DNA of 64,000 bases from an uncultured Planctomycetia bacterium (GCA_964629655.1 CAZVQU010000002.1:443-64442), one strand, 5' to 3'. Counted from the first letter of the stretch, positions 1 through 8,687 are shown. Program-made: numbers and translations. Notes: generated from the sequence alone by a model not told the origin.

Positions 1-97
1 CACACCCGTTCCCATTCCGAATACGGCCGTTAAGCCTTCTTGGGCCGATGGTACTGCAGTCGCAAGGTTGTGGGAGAGTAGGTCAGTGCCCCCTTAT
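1..97 (+). rRNA. rrf: 5S rRNA, 3' portion (gene starts upstream of window)
   Basis: CACACCCGTTCCCATTCCGAA...GCCGATGGTACTG...GGGAGAGTAGGTC matches conserved bacterial 5S rRNA helices; hairpin plus T-run follows. Confidence 0.8.
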
Positions 98-146
98 TTT
101 TTTCTTTTTACATAATTATGTGAAATTTTGCTTGCCTTTTCTTAAG

Positions 147-182
147 CCCCCATTAAAATAATGCGATGGGGGTTTTATTTTT
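147..182 (+). terminator. rho-independent terminator downstream of 5S rRNA
   Basis: CCCCCAT ... ATGGGGG stem followed by TTTTATTTTT. Confidence 0.6.
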
Positions 183-201
183 GCCTTCAAACATAACTAA
201 T

Positions 202-275
202 GGGCCATTAGCTCAGTTTGGCAGAGCAGGGGCCTCTTAAGCCCAAGGTCGAAGGTTCGAGCCCTTCATGGCCCA
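202..275 (+). tRNA. tRNA-Lys(CTT)
   Basis: cloverleaf by hand; acceptor GGGCCAT/ATGGCCC; anticodon loop CTCTTAA; GGTTCGAGCCC T-arm; no encoded CCA. Confidence 0.85.
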
Positions 276-284
276 ATTTTTCAA

Positions 285-707
285 ATGGAAAAATTCGAAT
301 TTATCGAGCATACTGCTGATTTAGGTTTGCGGGTAAAGGGGAAAACATCCGAGGATCTATTTCAAAACTACGCTGCCGTACTTTTCCATACTCTCACTGA
401 CTACCAACCAAAAAAAATAATTAATAGAAAAATTACTTTGCAAGCTCAAAGCCTTGCTGAGCTACTTGTTGATTGGCTTAATGAGTTGCTTTCAATATTT
501 TTTGCCGATGGTTTTCTGCCAAAAGAGTATAGCCTAACGATAAGTGACGATAGGGGTGGAAAAGTCTTGCAGGCTGAGATTGAGGGCGAGGAGTTTGATT
601 TCGAAAATAATCAATTAAAGCGGGAGATCAAGGCTGCTACTTACCATGATTTAAAAGTAGAAGAGAACGACGAAGGATATGTGGCTGAAGTTATCTTTGA
701 TGTATGA
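285..707 (+). CDS. archease (RtcB activator)
   Basis: 140 aa with FIEHTADLGL N-terminal archease motif; 4-bp overlap with rtcB. Confidence 0.8.
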   Translation: MEKFEFIEHTADLGLRVKGKTSEDLFQNYAAVLFHTLTDYQPKKIINRKITLQAQSLAELLVDWLNELLSIFFADGFLPKEYSLTISDDRGGKVLQAEIEGEEFDFENNQLKREIKAATYHDLKVEENDEGYVAEVIFDV

Positions 708-2158
708 GTTGGTCAGGTAAATTAGAACGAATTAGTGATTACAAATACCGTATCCCTAAGAGCTATAAGCCGGGGATGCTGGTTGATGGAATTATCTATA
801 GTAACCAGAAACTCCTAGCCGGCATAAACAATGATAAAGCCCCTGAGCAGGTAGCTAACGTTGCTTTTTTGCCGGGAATAGTAGGTAACTCTTTGGCTAT
901 GCCTGATATTCACTGGGGTTATGGGTTTTGTATCGGCGGAGTCGCTGCTACTGACCCTGAGAAGGGAGGGGTAATTTCTCCGGGAGGAGTAGGCTATGAT
1001 ATTAATTGCGGGGTAAGGCTTCTGAAGACTAATCTAGATTTAAAAGATGTGAGAAATAAGATACCTAAGATTGTAAATATTCTTTATCAAGATACTCCTG
1101 CCGGTGTAGGTTCAACCGGAGATATACGGGTTTCATACCAGGAAGAGAAGAAAATACTACTTAATGGCGCAAAATGGGCAGTAAGCCGTGGGTTTGGAGT
1201 AAAGCAAGACCTGGAGCATTGTGAGGAGTCAGGAGCTATCGAAGGGGCAGATCCTGATCTTGTTTCAGAACGAGCCTTAAAGCGCGGTAAGCGACAAGCA
1301 GGAACATTAGGTAGCGGCAATCATTTCCTGGAGGTCCAAGTTGTTAGTGATGTTTTTGATAAAGCTGTATCAGAAAGATTGGATTTAAGTATTGGTCAGA
1401 TTGTGATCATGATTCATTCCGGCTCAAGAGGCTTGGGTTTTCAAGTATGCGATGATTCGATAAAAGTAATGCTTAAGTGTTTAGACAAGTACGGAATTAA
1501 CGTACCGGACCGGCAGCTCTCTTGTGCTCCGGTAAATAGTCCGGAAGCAAAGGAGTATATTGGTGCAATGCGCTCAGCGGCAAACTATGCCTGGGCAAAT
1601 CGTCAGGTATTAATGCATTTAACCCGTCTTAGTTTTGAGAAGATATTTTCTAAAAGCTGGCAATCTTTAGGTATGGATTTAATCTATGACGTTGCTCACA
1701 ATATTGCTAAATTTGAAAAGTATGTTGTTGACGGCGAAAGCAAAACTTTGTGTGTACACAGGAAAGGCGCTACTAGAGCCCTAGGTCCGGGCAACTTGCA
1801 GCTACCTCTTAAATATAGAGATATTGGCCAGCCGGTAATTATTCCTGGAGATATGGGCACAGCCTCATATTTATTAGTCGGAACGAAAAAAGCTGAAGCT
1901 GAGTCTTTTGGTAGTACTTGTCATGGTGCCGGAAGAGTAAAATCACGGCACGAAGCAATACGTACGGTAGATTTTGATCGGTTGATGAAGGAACTACAAG
2001 AAAAAGGTATTGAGGTCAGGGCAACCGGTAAAAAGACAATTGTTGAAGAGGCGCCATCAGCATATAAAGATATTGATCAGGTAGTAGAAGTTGTAGAAGG
2101 AGCTGGTCTCTCAAGGAAAGTAGCTCGAATGCGACCGCTATGCGTGGTTAAAGGGTAA
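704..2158 (+). CDS. rtcB: RNA-splicing ligase RtcB
   Basis: 484 aa; GYDINCGVR, HSGSRGLG, CHGAGR metal/GTP-binding motifs typical of RtcB. Confidence 0.9.
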   Translation: MSWSGKLERISDYKYRIPKSYKPGMLVDGIIYSNQKLLAGINNDKAPEQVANVAFLPGIVGNSLAMPDIHWGYGFCIGGVAATDPEKGGVISPGGVGYDINCGVRLLKTNLDLKDVRNKIPKIVNILYQDTPAGVGSTGDIRVSYQEEKKILLNGAKWAVSRGFGVKQDLEHCEESGAIEGADPDLVSERALKRGKRQAGTLGSGNHFLEVQVVSDVFDKAVSERLDLSIGQIVIMIHSGSRGLGFQVCDDSIKVMLKCLDKYGINVPDRQLSCAPVNSPEAKEYIGAMRSAANYAWANRQVLMHLTRLSFEKIFSKSWQSLGMDLIYDVAHNIAKFEKYVVDGESKTLCVHRKGATRALGPGNLQLPLKYRDIGQPVIIPGDMGTASYLLVGTKKAEAESFGSTCHGAGRVKSRHEAIRTVDFDRLMKELQEKGIEVRATGKKTIVEEAPSAYKDIDQVVEVVEGAGLSRKVARMRPLCVVKG

Positions 2159-2200
2159 GTTCTAAGTTGTAAGTTTTTAAAATATCTGTATAATAAAAAT

Positions 2201-3493
2201 ATGCTTGATATTAAACTCATAAGAAAAAATCCAGACTTGGTTAAGGAAGCTCTATCGAAGCGTAATTGTTCCTTCGATTTGGAAGGATTTCTGTCACTTG
2301 ACCAAGAGCGTCGAAAAATAATGGCAGTGATAGAGGAGCTCTCAGCTGCCCAAAACAGAATAGACCGTGAGGTTAAAGCACTTCTTAAAGAGAAGAAGGA
2401 TCCGAAACCTAAGATTGAAGAAGCAAAAGGTATTAAGAAAAACTTAGTCGAATTGTCTCGGGAGTTTGATAAGTTAAATGCTAATTTCCTAAAATTTCAA
2501 GACAGAATACCTAATATACCACATTCTTCCCTTCCGATAGGGGGCCCTTCTAAGAATAAAGTTGTCAAAGAATGGGGGAAGATTCGAAAGTTTAAGTTTA
2601 AACCTCGAGATCACATCGCTTTAGCTGAGGAATTAGATATTATTGATTTTAAGCGGGCGGCAAAGGTTACTGGCTCAAACTTCACTCTTTTTAAGGGCTT
2701 AGGTGCTAAGCTAGAGCGGGCCTTGATTAATTTTATGCTCGATGTCCAAAGTAAAAAGAATGGCTATAAAGAGGTTTTACCTCCTAAGATAGTTAATGCT
2801 ATTTCAATGCGGGCTACCGGGCAGCTTCCTAATTTGAAAGAAGATATGTATAGCTTAGATCGAAATACCCCTGAAGGTTCTCCGGGAGATTTTTACCTAA
2901 TACCAACTGCTGAGGTGCCAATTACCAATATCCATCGTGACGAGATAACTGACGAGAAAGATCTACCGATTAAATATACTTCTTACACACCTTGCTTTAG
3001 GAAGGAGGCTGGTTCTTATGGTAAAGATACCCGTGGTTTAGTCAGAGTCCATGAGTTTGATAAGGTAGAGCTGGTCAAGTTCGTTAAGGCTGAGGATTCC
3101 CACAAAGAGCTCGAATCACTTCTCAAAGATGCCTGTCGGATTATTGAATTGTTAAAAATTCCTTATAGAGTCTCATTATTAGCAACTGAGGATATAAGCT
3201 TTGCTGCTGCAAAGTGCTATGACATTGAAATTTATGCACCGGGGATAGATAAATGGCTTGAAGTTTCCAGCTGTTCGAATTTTGAAGACTTTCAAGCCCG
3301 GCGGGGAAATATCCGCTATCGGGATAAGAATGGGGGGAAATTGAAATTCGTTCATACCCTTAATGGCTCAGGGGTAGCTCTACCTCGGTTAGTAGTTGCG
3401 ATTTTAGAAAATTATCAGGAAAAAGACGGGAAAATAACTATTCCCAAAGTGTTAAGGAAATATTTAGATGGACGAAGGCGGATTACGAAATAA
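2201..3493 (+). CDS. serS: seryl-tRNA synthetase
   Basis: 430 aa, N-terminal coiled-coil arm plus class II core (motif 2/3 region FRKEAGSYGKDTRGL, GSGVALPR). Confidence 0.9.
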   Translation: MLDIKLIRKNPDLVKEALSKRNCSFDLEGFLSLDQERRKIMAVIEELSAAQNRIDREVKALLKEKKDPKPKIEEAKGIKKNLVELSREFDKLNANFLKFQDRIPNIPHSSLPIGGPSKNKVVKEWGKIRKFKFKPRDHIALAEELDIIDFKRAAKVTGSNFTLFKGLGAKLERALINFMLDVQSKKNGYKEVLPPKIVNAISMRATGQLPNLKEDMYSLDRNTPEGSPGDFYLIPTAEVPITNIHRDEITDEKDLPIKYTSYTPCFRKEAGSYGKDTRGLVRVHEFDKVELVKFVKAEDSHKELESLLKDACRIIELLKIPYRVSLLATEDISFAAAKCYDIEIYAPGIDKWLEVSSCSNFEDFQARRGNIRYRDKNGGKLKFVHTLNGSGVALPRLVVAILENYQEKDGKITIPKVLRKYLDGRRRITK

Positions 3494-4055
3494 TTATATT
3501 TTTACCCTAGTAAAGCTTGCACTTTTCTTAATTATTCTTTGTTTTTTAGTTTCCCTATCTCAGGAATTCTGGCGTGAGATAAAGACCGCTAACTCTGCCA
3601 GTATTAAAATACTGGTTATTTCAATTCTTTCGGCATTTAGCTTCTATGTTTTTCTAGCCGATCTGAATAGTTTCTACAAAGGTATTCAAAAATTCTTTTT
3701 TCATTCAACATTTTTTGCCTATCTCATACCTTCAGCGTTAGTCTTGGTTGGTCTAGGATACTTTTTTTTACCGAAGATATTTAATGTCAATTTTAGCAGG
3801 ACTATGTTTATTTTCCTCGGCGGCTTTATTATAACCGGACATATGATTTTTGTCGCTCGAGGTAATCAAGGGCATAATTTTCCTACGGCTGTGAATTACC
3901 TATTTATTTTTAGTATTTTATATATTCTAAACCTTCTTCTGTTTTTGGTATACCTGAAAATAGGCCTTCATATCAACATCGGAAAAGTTATTTTCGAGGG
4001 GATGAAAAGCGGAGCAGGCTTAATACAGAGCATCGCCACTCAAGCCTTCAGATAG
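3468..4055 (+). CDS. polytopic membrane protein of unknown function
   Basis: ORF with 5-6 hydrophobic helices; start uncertain (overlaps serS end). Confidence 0.4.
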   Translation: MDEGGLRNNYIFTLVKLALFLIILCFLVSLSQEFWREIKTANSASIKILVISILSAFSFYVFLADLNSFYKGIQKFFFHSTFFAYLIPSALVLVGLGYFFLPKIFNVNFSRTMFIFLGGFIITGHMIFVARGNQGHNFPTAVNYLFIFSILYILNLLLFLVYLKIGLHINIGKVIFEGMKSGAGLIQSIATQAFR

Positions 4056-4069
4056 TTTGCGAAGATAGT

Positions 4070-5080
4070 ATGAAAAAGGCAATTTTAACAATTACATCTT
4101 TTGTATTCATATTAAGCAGTTGTCTTATAGAAACCTCTGCTTTGGCTTGGGGCCGAGACCCCGAACTGTTACCTTCCCAAAAGGAAGAAATAAGAGAAGT
4201 TCTTGCTCAGATCAGAAGCCATGAGGAAGAAATAGAAAAGGCTAAAAAGGAAATGGATGATCTGTACAATGGTGAAGATGAGGCATTCAACAATAATTCT
4301 TTTGTAATAGAATTACAAAAGGAAGGCGAAGATATTCTAGCTTCTTCCGTAGGTCAACGCTTAGGGAGAAAAATGAAAAGCTGGGATAAGACTGATAAAA
4401 CTAAACCATTACGTGACTTTCTTAATAAAGAGGAGTTTGAAGCCTTTAAAAGAATAACGGAAATAGGCAATAAACTCGAGGATATGCGTGATGATAAGTT
4501 AGAAGGAAGGCGTCTTATTATAGGAAACGCAAGGACTACAATAGGCATTAAAGAAGAAGAGTTAAAAAAACTTGAAGAAAAATACGGCAAAGCTGCTGTT
4601 GATGCACTTAGGGGAGAGGTTGAGGAGAGAGAAAACGAGGTGTATCAAATAGATGCTTACCCTGTTAACGAAAAAGCAGTAGGTGCAAAAGGGCAGGTAA
4701 GTATTTCTCTATATATTGTGCATAATAATGCTCAGGTTTTAATTAATCTCAAAAATCGCAAAGTAACTTCTGATAATGTAATGAATATAGAGCATTTAAC
4801 TGTAAAGAATAATTACCCTCTTTCTGAGTTTAAGAAAACAGAAGATAAAGTTTTTTTCACCATCAATTCAGTAGAGTATGAGCATATTCTATACGTTAAA
4901 CACTCTCTTATTGGCTTGGGCATGGGCAGTAAAAATACTCTTAGGAAAGATTGGGAGAAGAAGCCTTACCATAAGAGCAAAGAGACTCATGATTTAAAAG
5001 GCGTTATCAATTTAAGGGACAGTAGTTTTAATGGTAAATGTGGTAAGTTGATCTTTAAGGGCAGCGTAACCGTTAAATAA
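4070..5080 (+). CDS. predicted lipoprotein with coiled-coil region
   Basis: signal peptide ending in lipobox-like LSSC; K/E-rich helical segment. Confidence 0.5.
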   Translation: MKKAILTITSFVFILSSCLIETSALAWGRDPELLPSQKEEIREVLAQIRSHEEEIEKAKKEMDDLYNGEDEAFNNNSFVIELQKEGEDILASSVGQRLGRKMKSWDKTDKTKPLRDFLNKEEFEAFKRITEIGNKLEDMRDDKLEGRRLIIGNARTTIGIKEEELKKLEEKYGKAAVDALRGEVEERENEVYQIDAYPVNEKAVGAKGQVSISLYIVHNNAQVLINLKNRKVTSDNVMNIEHLTVKNNYPLSEFKKTEDKVFFTINSVEYEHILYVKHSLIGLGMGSKNTLRKDWEKKPYHKSKETHDLKGVINLRDSSFNGKCGKLIFKGSVTVK

Positions 5081-5093
5081 TAAAATAAATATC

Positions 5094-5185
5094 GGAGGGG
5101 TGGCAGAGTCTGGTTTATCGCGGCGGTCTTGAAAACCGTTGTGGGGTTATACCCACCGGGGGTTCGAATCCTCTCCCCTCCGCCA
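5094..5185 (+). tRNA. tRNA-Ser(TGA), long variable arm, CCA encoded
   Basis: acceptor GGAGGGG/CCCCTCC, discriminator G, anticodon loop CTTGAAA, long extra arm, GGTTCGAATCC T-arm; ends ...CCGCCA. Confidence 0.85.
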
Positions 5186-6619
5186 TTTCTTTTCGGGGAC
5201 AATTTTGGCAATAGTCGAGTGTGGCTCAGTATAGGAAAATAAAAGCTTTTTGTCCTTCATTTGGAAGTTCGAGCCGCACATTTTCAAAAAATCCCTTTTT
5301 TGAGACAGGTTTCCTTGCCAAGCGACAGAACCGGCCGAATTACAAGAAATAATAAAGTTTTTGGAGAGTTCGAGCCAACCACCGCTTCTTTTTTCAATCT
5401 CGCCAAGATGTTCCTGTAATTCTTTCTTTTCATTAATAAGTTTTGCTTTTTTATGCTGATATTCTTCTTGGGTAATGTCACGCTCAACATATAAGTCAAT
5501 AAGTCTTTCGACTCTCAAACCAATAGCATTTATTTTGTTTTCTGTTTGACGAGATATAGTAGAGGAGGCTTTGCTGTCATTCCTTGCTAATTCTTCTAAA
5601 CGGTTAATCATTTTTTGCTTAACTTCATCATCTATAAAAATTTTGAGAATAGACTTATTTATTTGCTTAAGCAAAGCCTCTTCTCTAAGAAACTTTTGGC
5701 TGCAACGTTTGATTTTCTTGGTACACCGATAATAAATATGACCTTTTTGCTCCTCAGCGGTAATGCTTGCTCCGCACTCACCACACTTCATAAGGCCGAT
5801 AAAAGCAAATTTAGAAGGTTTTCTCTGTTGAGGCCGAGATTTACGTGATAATACCTCTTGAACCTTATCAAAAAGTTTCTTAGAGATAAGCGGTGGGTGG
5901 CATCCTTCATGTAATTCCTTATTAAAGCGCATTACGCCGTAATAAAAAGGGTTCTGTAATATAAGCGCAATTCTGCTTTTATGGACAGGCTTGTTGCGTT
6001 TACCTTTTATATTCCAGCGGACAACCTCAAAGGTGAGCTCTTTGAGTGAAAAGTCACCAGTTGCGTATAGTTCAAACATTTTCTTAACAAATGGGGTAAT
6101 TTCAGGATTAGGCACAACATTGCGCTTATCCTGATCATTCATATAGCCAAATGGCGCCCATCCTGGCCATATACCTCTGCGTAACTTTTCACGAAAACCA
6201 CGCTTGATGTTCTCGGAAAGATTATCAATATAGTATTTGCTTTGTCCAAAAGCAATTGAAAGCATAAACTTACCCTGTGCAGTATTGTCGAAGCGATAAG
6301 TTGGAAAGCGTAAGTCATTGATTACGCCTGTATCGACAAGGTAGATAATCTTTCCGCCATCTAAGGAATTCCTAGCAAGCCTGTCCGGATGCCATGCCAA
6401 AATGCCGTCAGCGTTATTACTTTCTAATTGCTTAAGCATGAAGTCAAAAATAGGCCTTCCAGGAGACTTGGCAGATTTTGCTTCTACAAACTCATCCACA
6501 ATAACTAAACTTTCTTTTTTAGCATACTCACGTAGCTCATTAATTTGCGACTCAATAGATAAAATCTGCCTATCTTCGTCGTCAGTTGACTTTCTGGCAT
6601 AAAGATAATATTTTGGCAT
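5147..6619 (-). CDS. large serine recombinase (resolvase/invertase catalytic domain plus recombinase domain and zinc ribbon)
   Basis: N-terminal YARKST...SIESQ catalytic serine motif and DRLARN; central recombinase domain; CGECG...YYRC zinc ribbon; C-terminal coiled coil; last ~22 codons read through the 34-bp repeat and the tRNA-Ser 3' end. Confidence 0.85.
   Translation of the reverse strand: MPKYYLYARKSTDDEDRQILSIESQINELREYAKKESLVIVDEFVEAKSAKSPGRPIFDFMLKQLESNNADGILAWHPDRLARNSLDGGKIIYLVDTGVINDLRFPTYRFDNTAQGKFMLSIAFGQSKYYIDNLSENIKRGFREKLRRGIWPGWAPFGYMNDQDKRNVVPNPEITPFVKKMFELYATGDFSLKELTFEVVRWNIKGKRNKPVHKSRIALILQNPFYYGVMRFNKELHEGCHPPLISKKLFDKVQEVLSRKSRPQQRKPSKFAFIGLMKCGECGASITAEEQKGHIYYRCTKKIKRCSQKFLREEALLKQINKSILKIFIDDEVKQKMINRLEELARNDSKASSTISRQTENKINAIGLRVERLIDLYVERDITQEEYQHKKAKLINEKKELQEHLGEIEKRSGGWLELSKNFIISCNSAGSVAWQGNLSQKRDFLKMCGSNFQMKDKKLLFSYTEPHSTIAKIVPEKKWRRGEDSNPRWV
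5180..5213. repeat. 34-bp inverted repeat, copy 1 (CCGCCA of tRNA-Ser plus 28 bp)
   Basis: ccgccatttcttttcggggacaattttggcaata; exact reverse complement at 6757-6790. Confidence 0.85.
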
Positions 6620-6732
6620 GGTATACGTCCAAAAACTTTATTTATTGTTCTGTCGCTTGGCAAAGATTATTTTTGAGATCCATAAAAATCTCAGAAAACG
6701 TATTAGCTACACCGAAGGTGGAGCAAAGGAAA

Positions 6733-6757
6733 ACTGTCTAAAAACAGTCGATTTTTT
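6733..6757. terminator. weak bidirectional hairpin plus T-run between recombinase start and the repeat junction
   Basis: ACTGT-ctaaaa-ACAGT followed by CGATTTTTT; only a 5-bp stem. Confidence 0.25.
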
Positions 6758-6790
6758 ATTGCCAAAATTGTCCCCGAAAAGAAATGGCGG
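6757..6790. repeat. 34-bp inverted repeat, copy 2
   Basis: exact reverse complement of 5180-5213. Confidence 0.85.
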
Positions 6791-6964
6791 TGGTTAGTGG
6801 ACGAAGTCCGAACATTCTTCCAGCCGAGGCCTGAGGTAATCTGATAGAGTATTCGGCTGAGGCTCTCTCTTATCGGCTCACGTGAGCCGATAAGGTATCC
6901 CTGCGTCCTCACCCTCGCAAAAACTATATATTTTTTCCGGCGGCGAATTTTTTTATTTTTTTGT
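6788..6964 (-). repeat. 177-bp perfect inverted repeat, copy A
   Basis: reverse complement identical base-for-base to 13181-13357 (checked segment by segment); contains 26-bp palindrome at 6869-6894. Confidence 0.9.
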
Positions 6965-7079
6965 ATCGAATTTAGTAATTTAATTCTATGTCAATTTGTA
7001 GTATAATATTAAAAAGGTTACATATAATACTCTACATGTAAGATTTTATAGGTTAGTTTGTTTATTGTCAAGGCGAAAT

Positions 7080-7274
7080 ATGTTAGCAAAGAAAATAAGA
7101 GAATTAAGAAATAAAAAAGGATTGTCTCAAGAAAAATTAGCTCGTTTGGCAGAAGTATCCTACAATACTGTTGTTAAAATAGAATCGGGGGAATCAAAGA
7201 ATCCCACAATTCAAACTATGCATGGAATAGCAAAAGCATTAAATATTAGGGTTGATGATTTACTTGAAGAATAA
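7080..7274 (+). CDS. XRE-family helix-turn-helix transcriptional regulator
   Basis: 64 aa; LSQEKLARLAEVSYNTVVKIESGESKNPTIQTMHGIAKALNIRVDDL is a classic Cro/C1 HTH; ATG at 7080 preferred over the TTG at 7065. Confidence 0.75.
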   Translation: MLAKKIRELRNKKGLSQEKLARLAEVSYNTVVKIESGESKNPTIQTMHGIAKALNIRVDDLLEE

Positions 7275-7286
7275 TAAAGGTATTTT

Positions 7287-7895
7287 ATGAGACAGTTTAT
7301 TGCTACTCTATTATTAATTGCGACAATAACAAGTAATGGTTTTGCGCAAGATCAAAAAAGAGACCTGAAAAAAACGGCAGAAATTTTTGCAAAGTCATAT
7401 TTAAATAAGGACTACAAAACATGCATTAAGATGATGGATCCAATTATAGTTGAAGATTTAGGAGGAGAGAGTGTTGTGGTTGCTCAATTTGAGAAATATA
7501 GAAATACGTTAGACGATAATATGAAAATAGAAGACATTAAGATAGGATCTGTTGATAAGCAGGTAGCTCGTATTAAAGGTGAAGAATATGCAATAGTACC
7601 ATATTTAATGATAATGAGTAATGCGGATGGAGAGGAATTGTATTGTGAGGGGTACTATTTGGCAACGAGTCGCGTTAATTTTCCCTTTTGGTTTCTCCAA
7701 AATGGAGGACCTACTGTTGAGCATGCCTTGAAACAATATTCTGAAGATTTATGTAAGGAGTTAAATCCTCCGCAAAGAAAATTATACAATGACGATAAGA
7801 GTTTTTTAATGGTTGAACAAGGTGATGAATGGGTTCCTTCCGAGCAGACATTAGAGGTGATGAGGGGCTTAGTGGAAGATACTGAAGCAGAGTGA
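7287..7895 (+). CDS. secreted hypothetical protein
   Basis: 202 aa ORF with N-terminal signal peptide (MRQFIATLLLIATITSNGFAQ); tightly packed behind the XRE gene. Confidence 0.55.
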   Translation: MRQFIATLLLIATITSNGFAQDQKRDLKKTAEIFAKSYLNKDYKTCIKMMDPIIVEDLGGESVVVAQFEKYRNTLDDNMKIEDIKIGSVDKQVARIKGEEYAIVPYLMIMSNADGEELYCEGYYLATSRVNFPFWFLQNGGPTVEHALKQYSEDLCKELNPPQRKLYNDDKSFLMVEQGDEWVPSEQTLEVMRGLVEDTEAE

Positions 7896-7898
7896 TGT

Positions 7899-8687
7899 AT
7901 GACAGAGATATTACGAGATGAAGACGTAGCTAAAGTTGAAAATGGTTTAATATTGCTAAAAAGTCGTTATGCAAAGCTTGTAGGCAACATATTTAAGATA
8001 GGGGCTCTTTTAAAAAATGTAAAAGCTAAAGAATATTTACTTCATGGCGTTGCGCGAAGACTTGGCATTATAGAGCGCTGTGTCGAGAATATTTATTCCA
8101 TCTTTCCATTACAGCGAGAAAGATTGTTGGATTGGGATGAGCTGAAAGATGTTGATATTAATCTGCATGCTTTTTTTGTGAATATATTTGGCTTATTGGA
8201 TAATATGGCATGGGTGGCTGTATATGAAAGGAATAGACGGAAGGGTATATATAAAAAAGATGTTGGTTTATATAAAATTAAAACCCAAGAAATCTTAAAT
8301 GATGATTTTAAGCAATACTTGAACTCGGATAGGATGAAAAACTGGCATGATGAATATTTAAAAAATTATCGGGATGCGTTGTCGCATAGAATCCCGCTGT
8401 ATGTACCGCCCAAAAGCTTAACCTCTGATCAACAAAAACAAGTAGCCGATATTGAAGAGAAAAGAAACAAAACCATTAAAGACAGAGATTTTTCTTTAAT
8501 GGATGATTTACGAAAAGAAGAGGATAATATAGGAGCCCCCTCACCATTTTTTGTTCATTCACTGGCAGAGACTGGCAATCAAATGGTAATGTTGCACGCT
8601 CAAGTAATTACTGATTTTGGTACAGTAGAAGAAATTGTCGAAAATTTTTGTGCTATGTTTATACCAAATGACGGTAATGGGCCGTAA
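7899..8687 (+). CDS. hypothetical protein with HEPN-like Rx4H motif (possible Abi-type RNase)
   Basis: 262 aa; alpha-helical composition; NYRDALSHR (R158-x4-H163) resembles the HEPN Rx4-6H motif; no other recognisable domain. Confidence 0.5.
   Translation: MTEILRDEDVAKVENGLILLKSRYAKLVGNIFKIGALLKNVKAKEYLLHGVARRLGIIERCVENIYSIFPLQRERLLDWDELKDVDINLHAFFVNIFGLLDNMAWVAVYERNRRKGIYKKDVGLYKIKTQEILNDDFKQYLNSDRMKNWHDEYLKNYRDALSHRIPLYVPPKSLTSDQQKQVADIEEKRNKTIKDRDFSLMDDLRKEEDNIGAPSPFFVHSLAETGNQMVMLHAQVITDFGTVEEIVENFCAMFIPNDGNGP

Noticed and set aside
1087-1320. Antisense or alternate-frame ORFs inside well-supported genes (for example 1087-1320, 4354-4590, 18320-18661, 25031-25369, 44731-45138, 47562-47909, 49419-49775, 53631-53888)
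   Set aside because: Shadow ORFs within strongly motif-supported genes on the opposite strand or frame, with no independent evidence.
2159-2200. T-box leaders upstream of serS, ileS and valS
   Set aside because: The upstream intergenic spaces are 42, 1 and 75 bp, far too short for a T-box riboswitch of about 250 nt.
6703-6912. ORFs 6703-6912 (minus) and 13131-13469 (plus) encode an identical 41-aa stretch (RTQGYLIGSREPIRESLSRILYQITSGLGWKNVRTSSTNHR)
   Set aside because: The shared peptide is simply the 177-bp inverted repeat read in the same relative frame. Starts are alternative codons outside or at the edge of the repeat, there is no SD, and the repeat is better explained as a DNA or RNA element.
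6788-6964. The 177-bp repeat as a known structured RNA (6S, tmRNA, RNase P, SRP, tRNA-like)
   Set aside because: Compared from memory against the hallmark motifs of these families (RNase P GGAAAGTCCGG, tmRNA acceptor/T-arm, SRP domain IV, 6S end-pairing). None matches, and the 5' and 3' ends do not pair. It remains a possible novel RNA, but no known family can be claimed.
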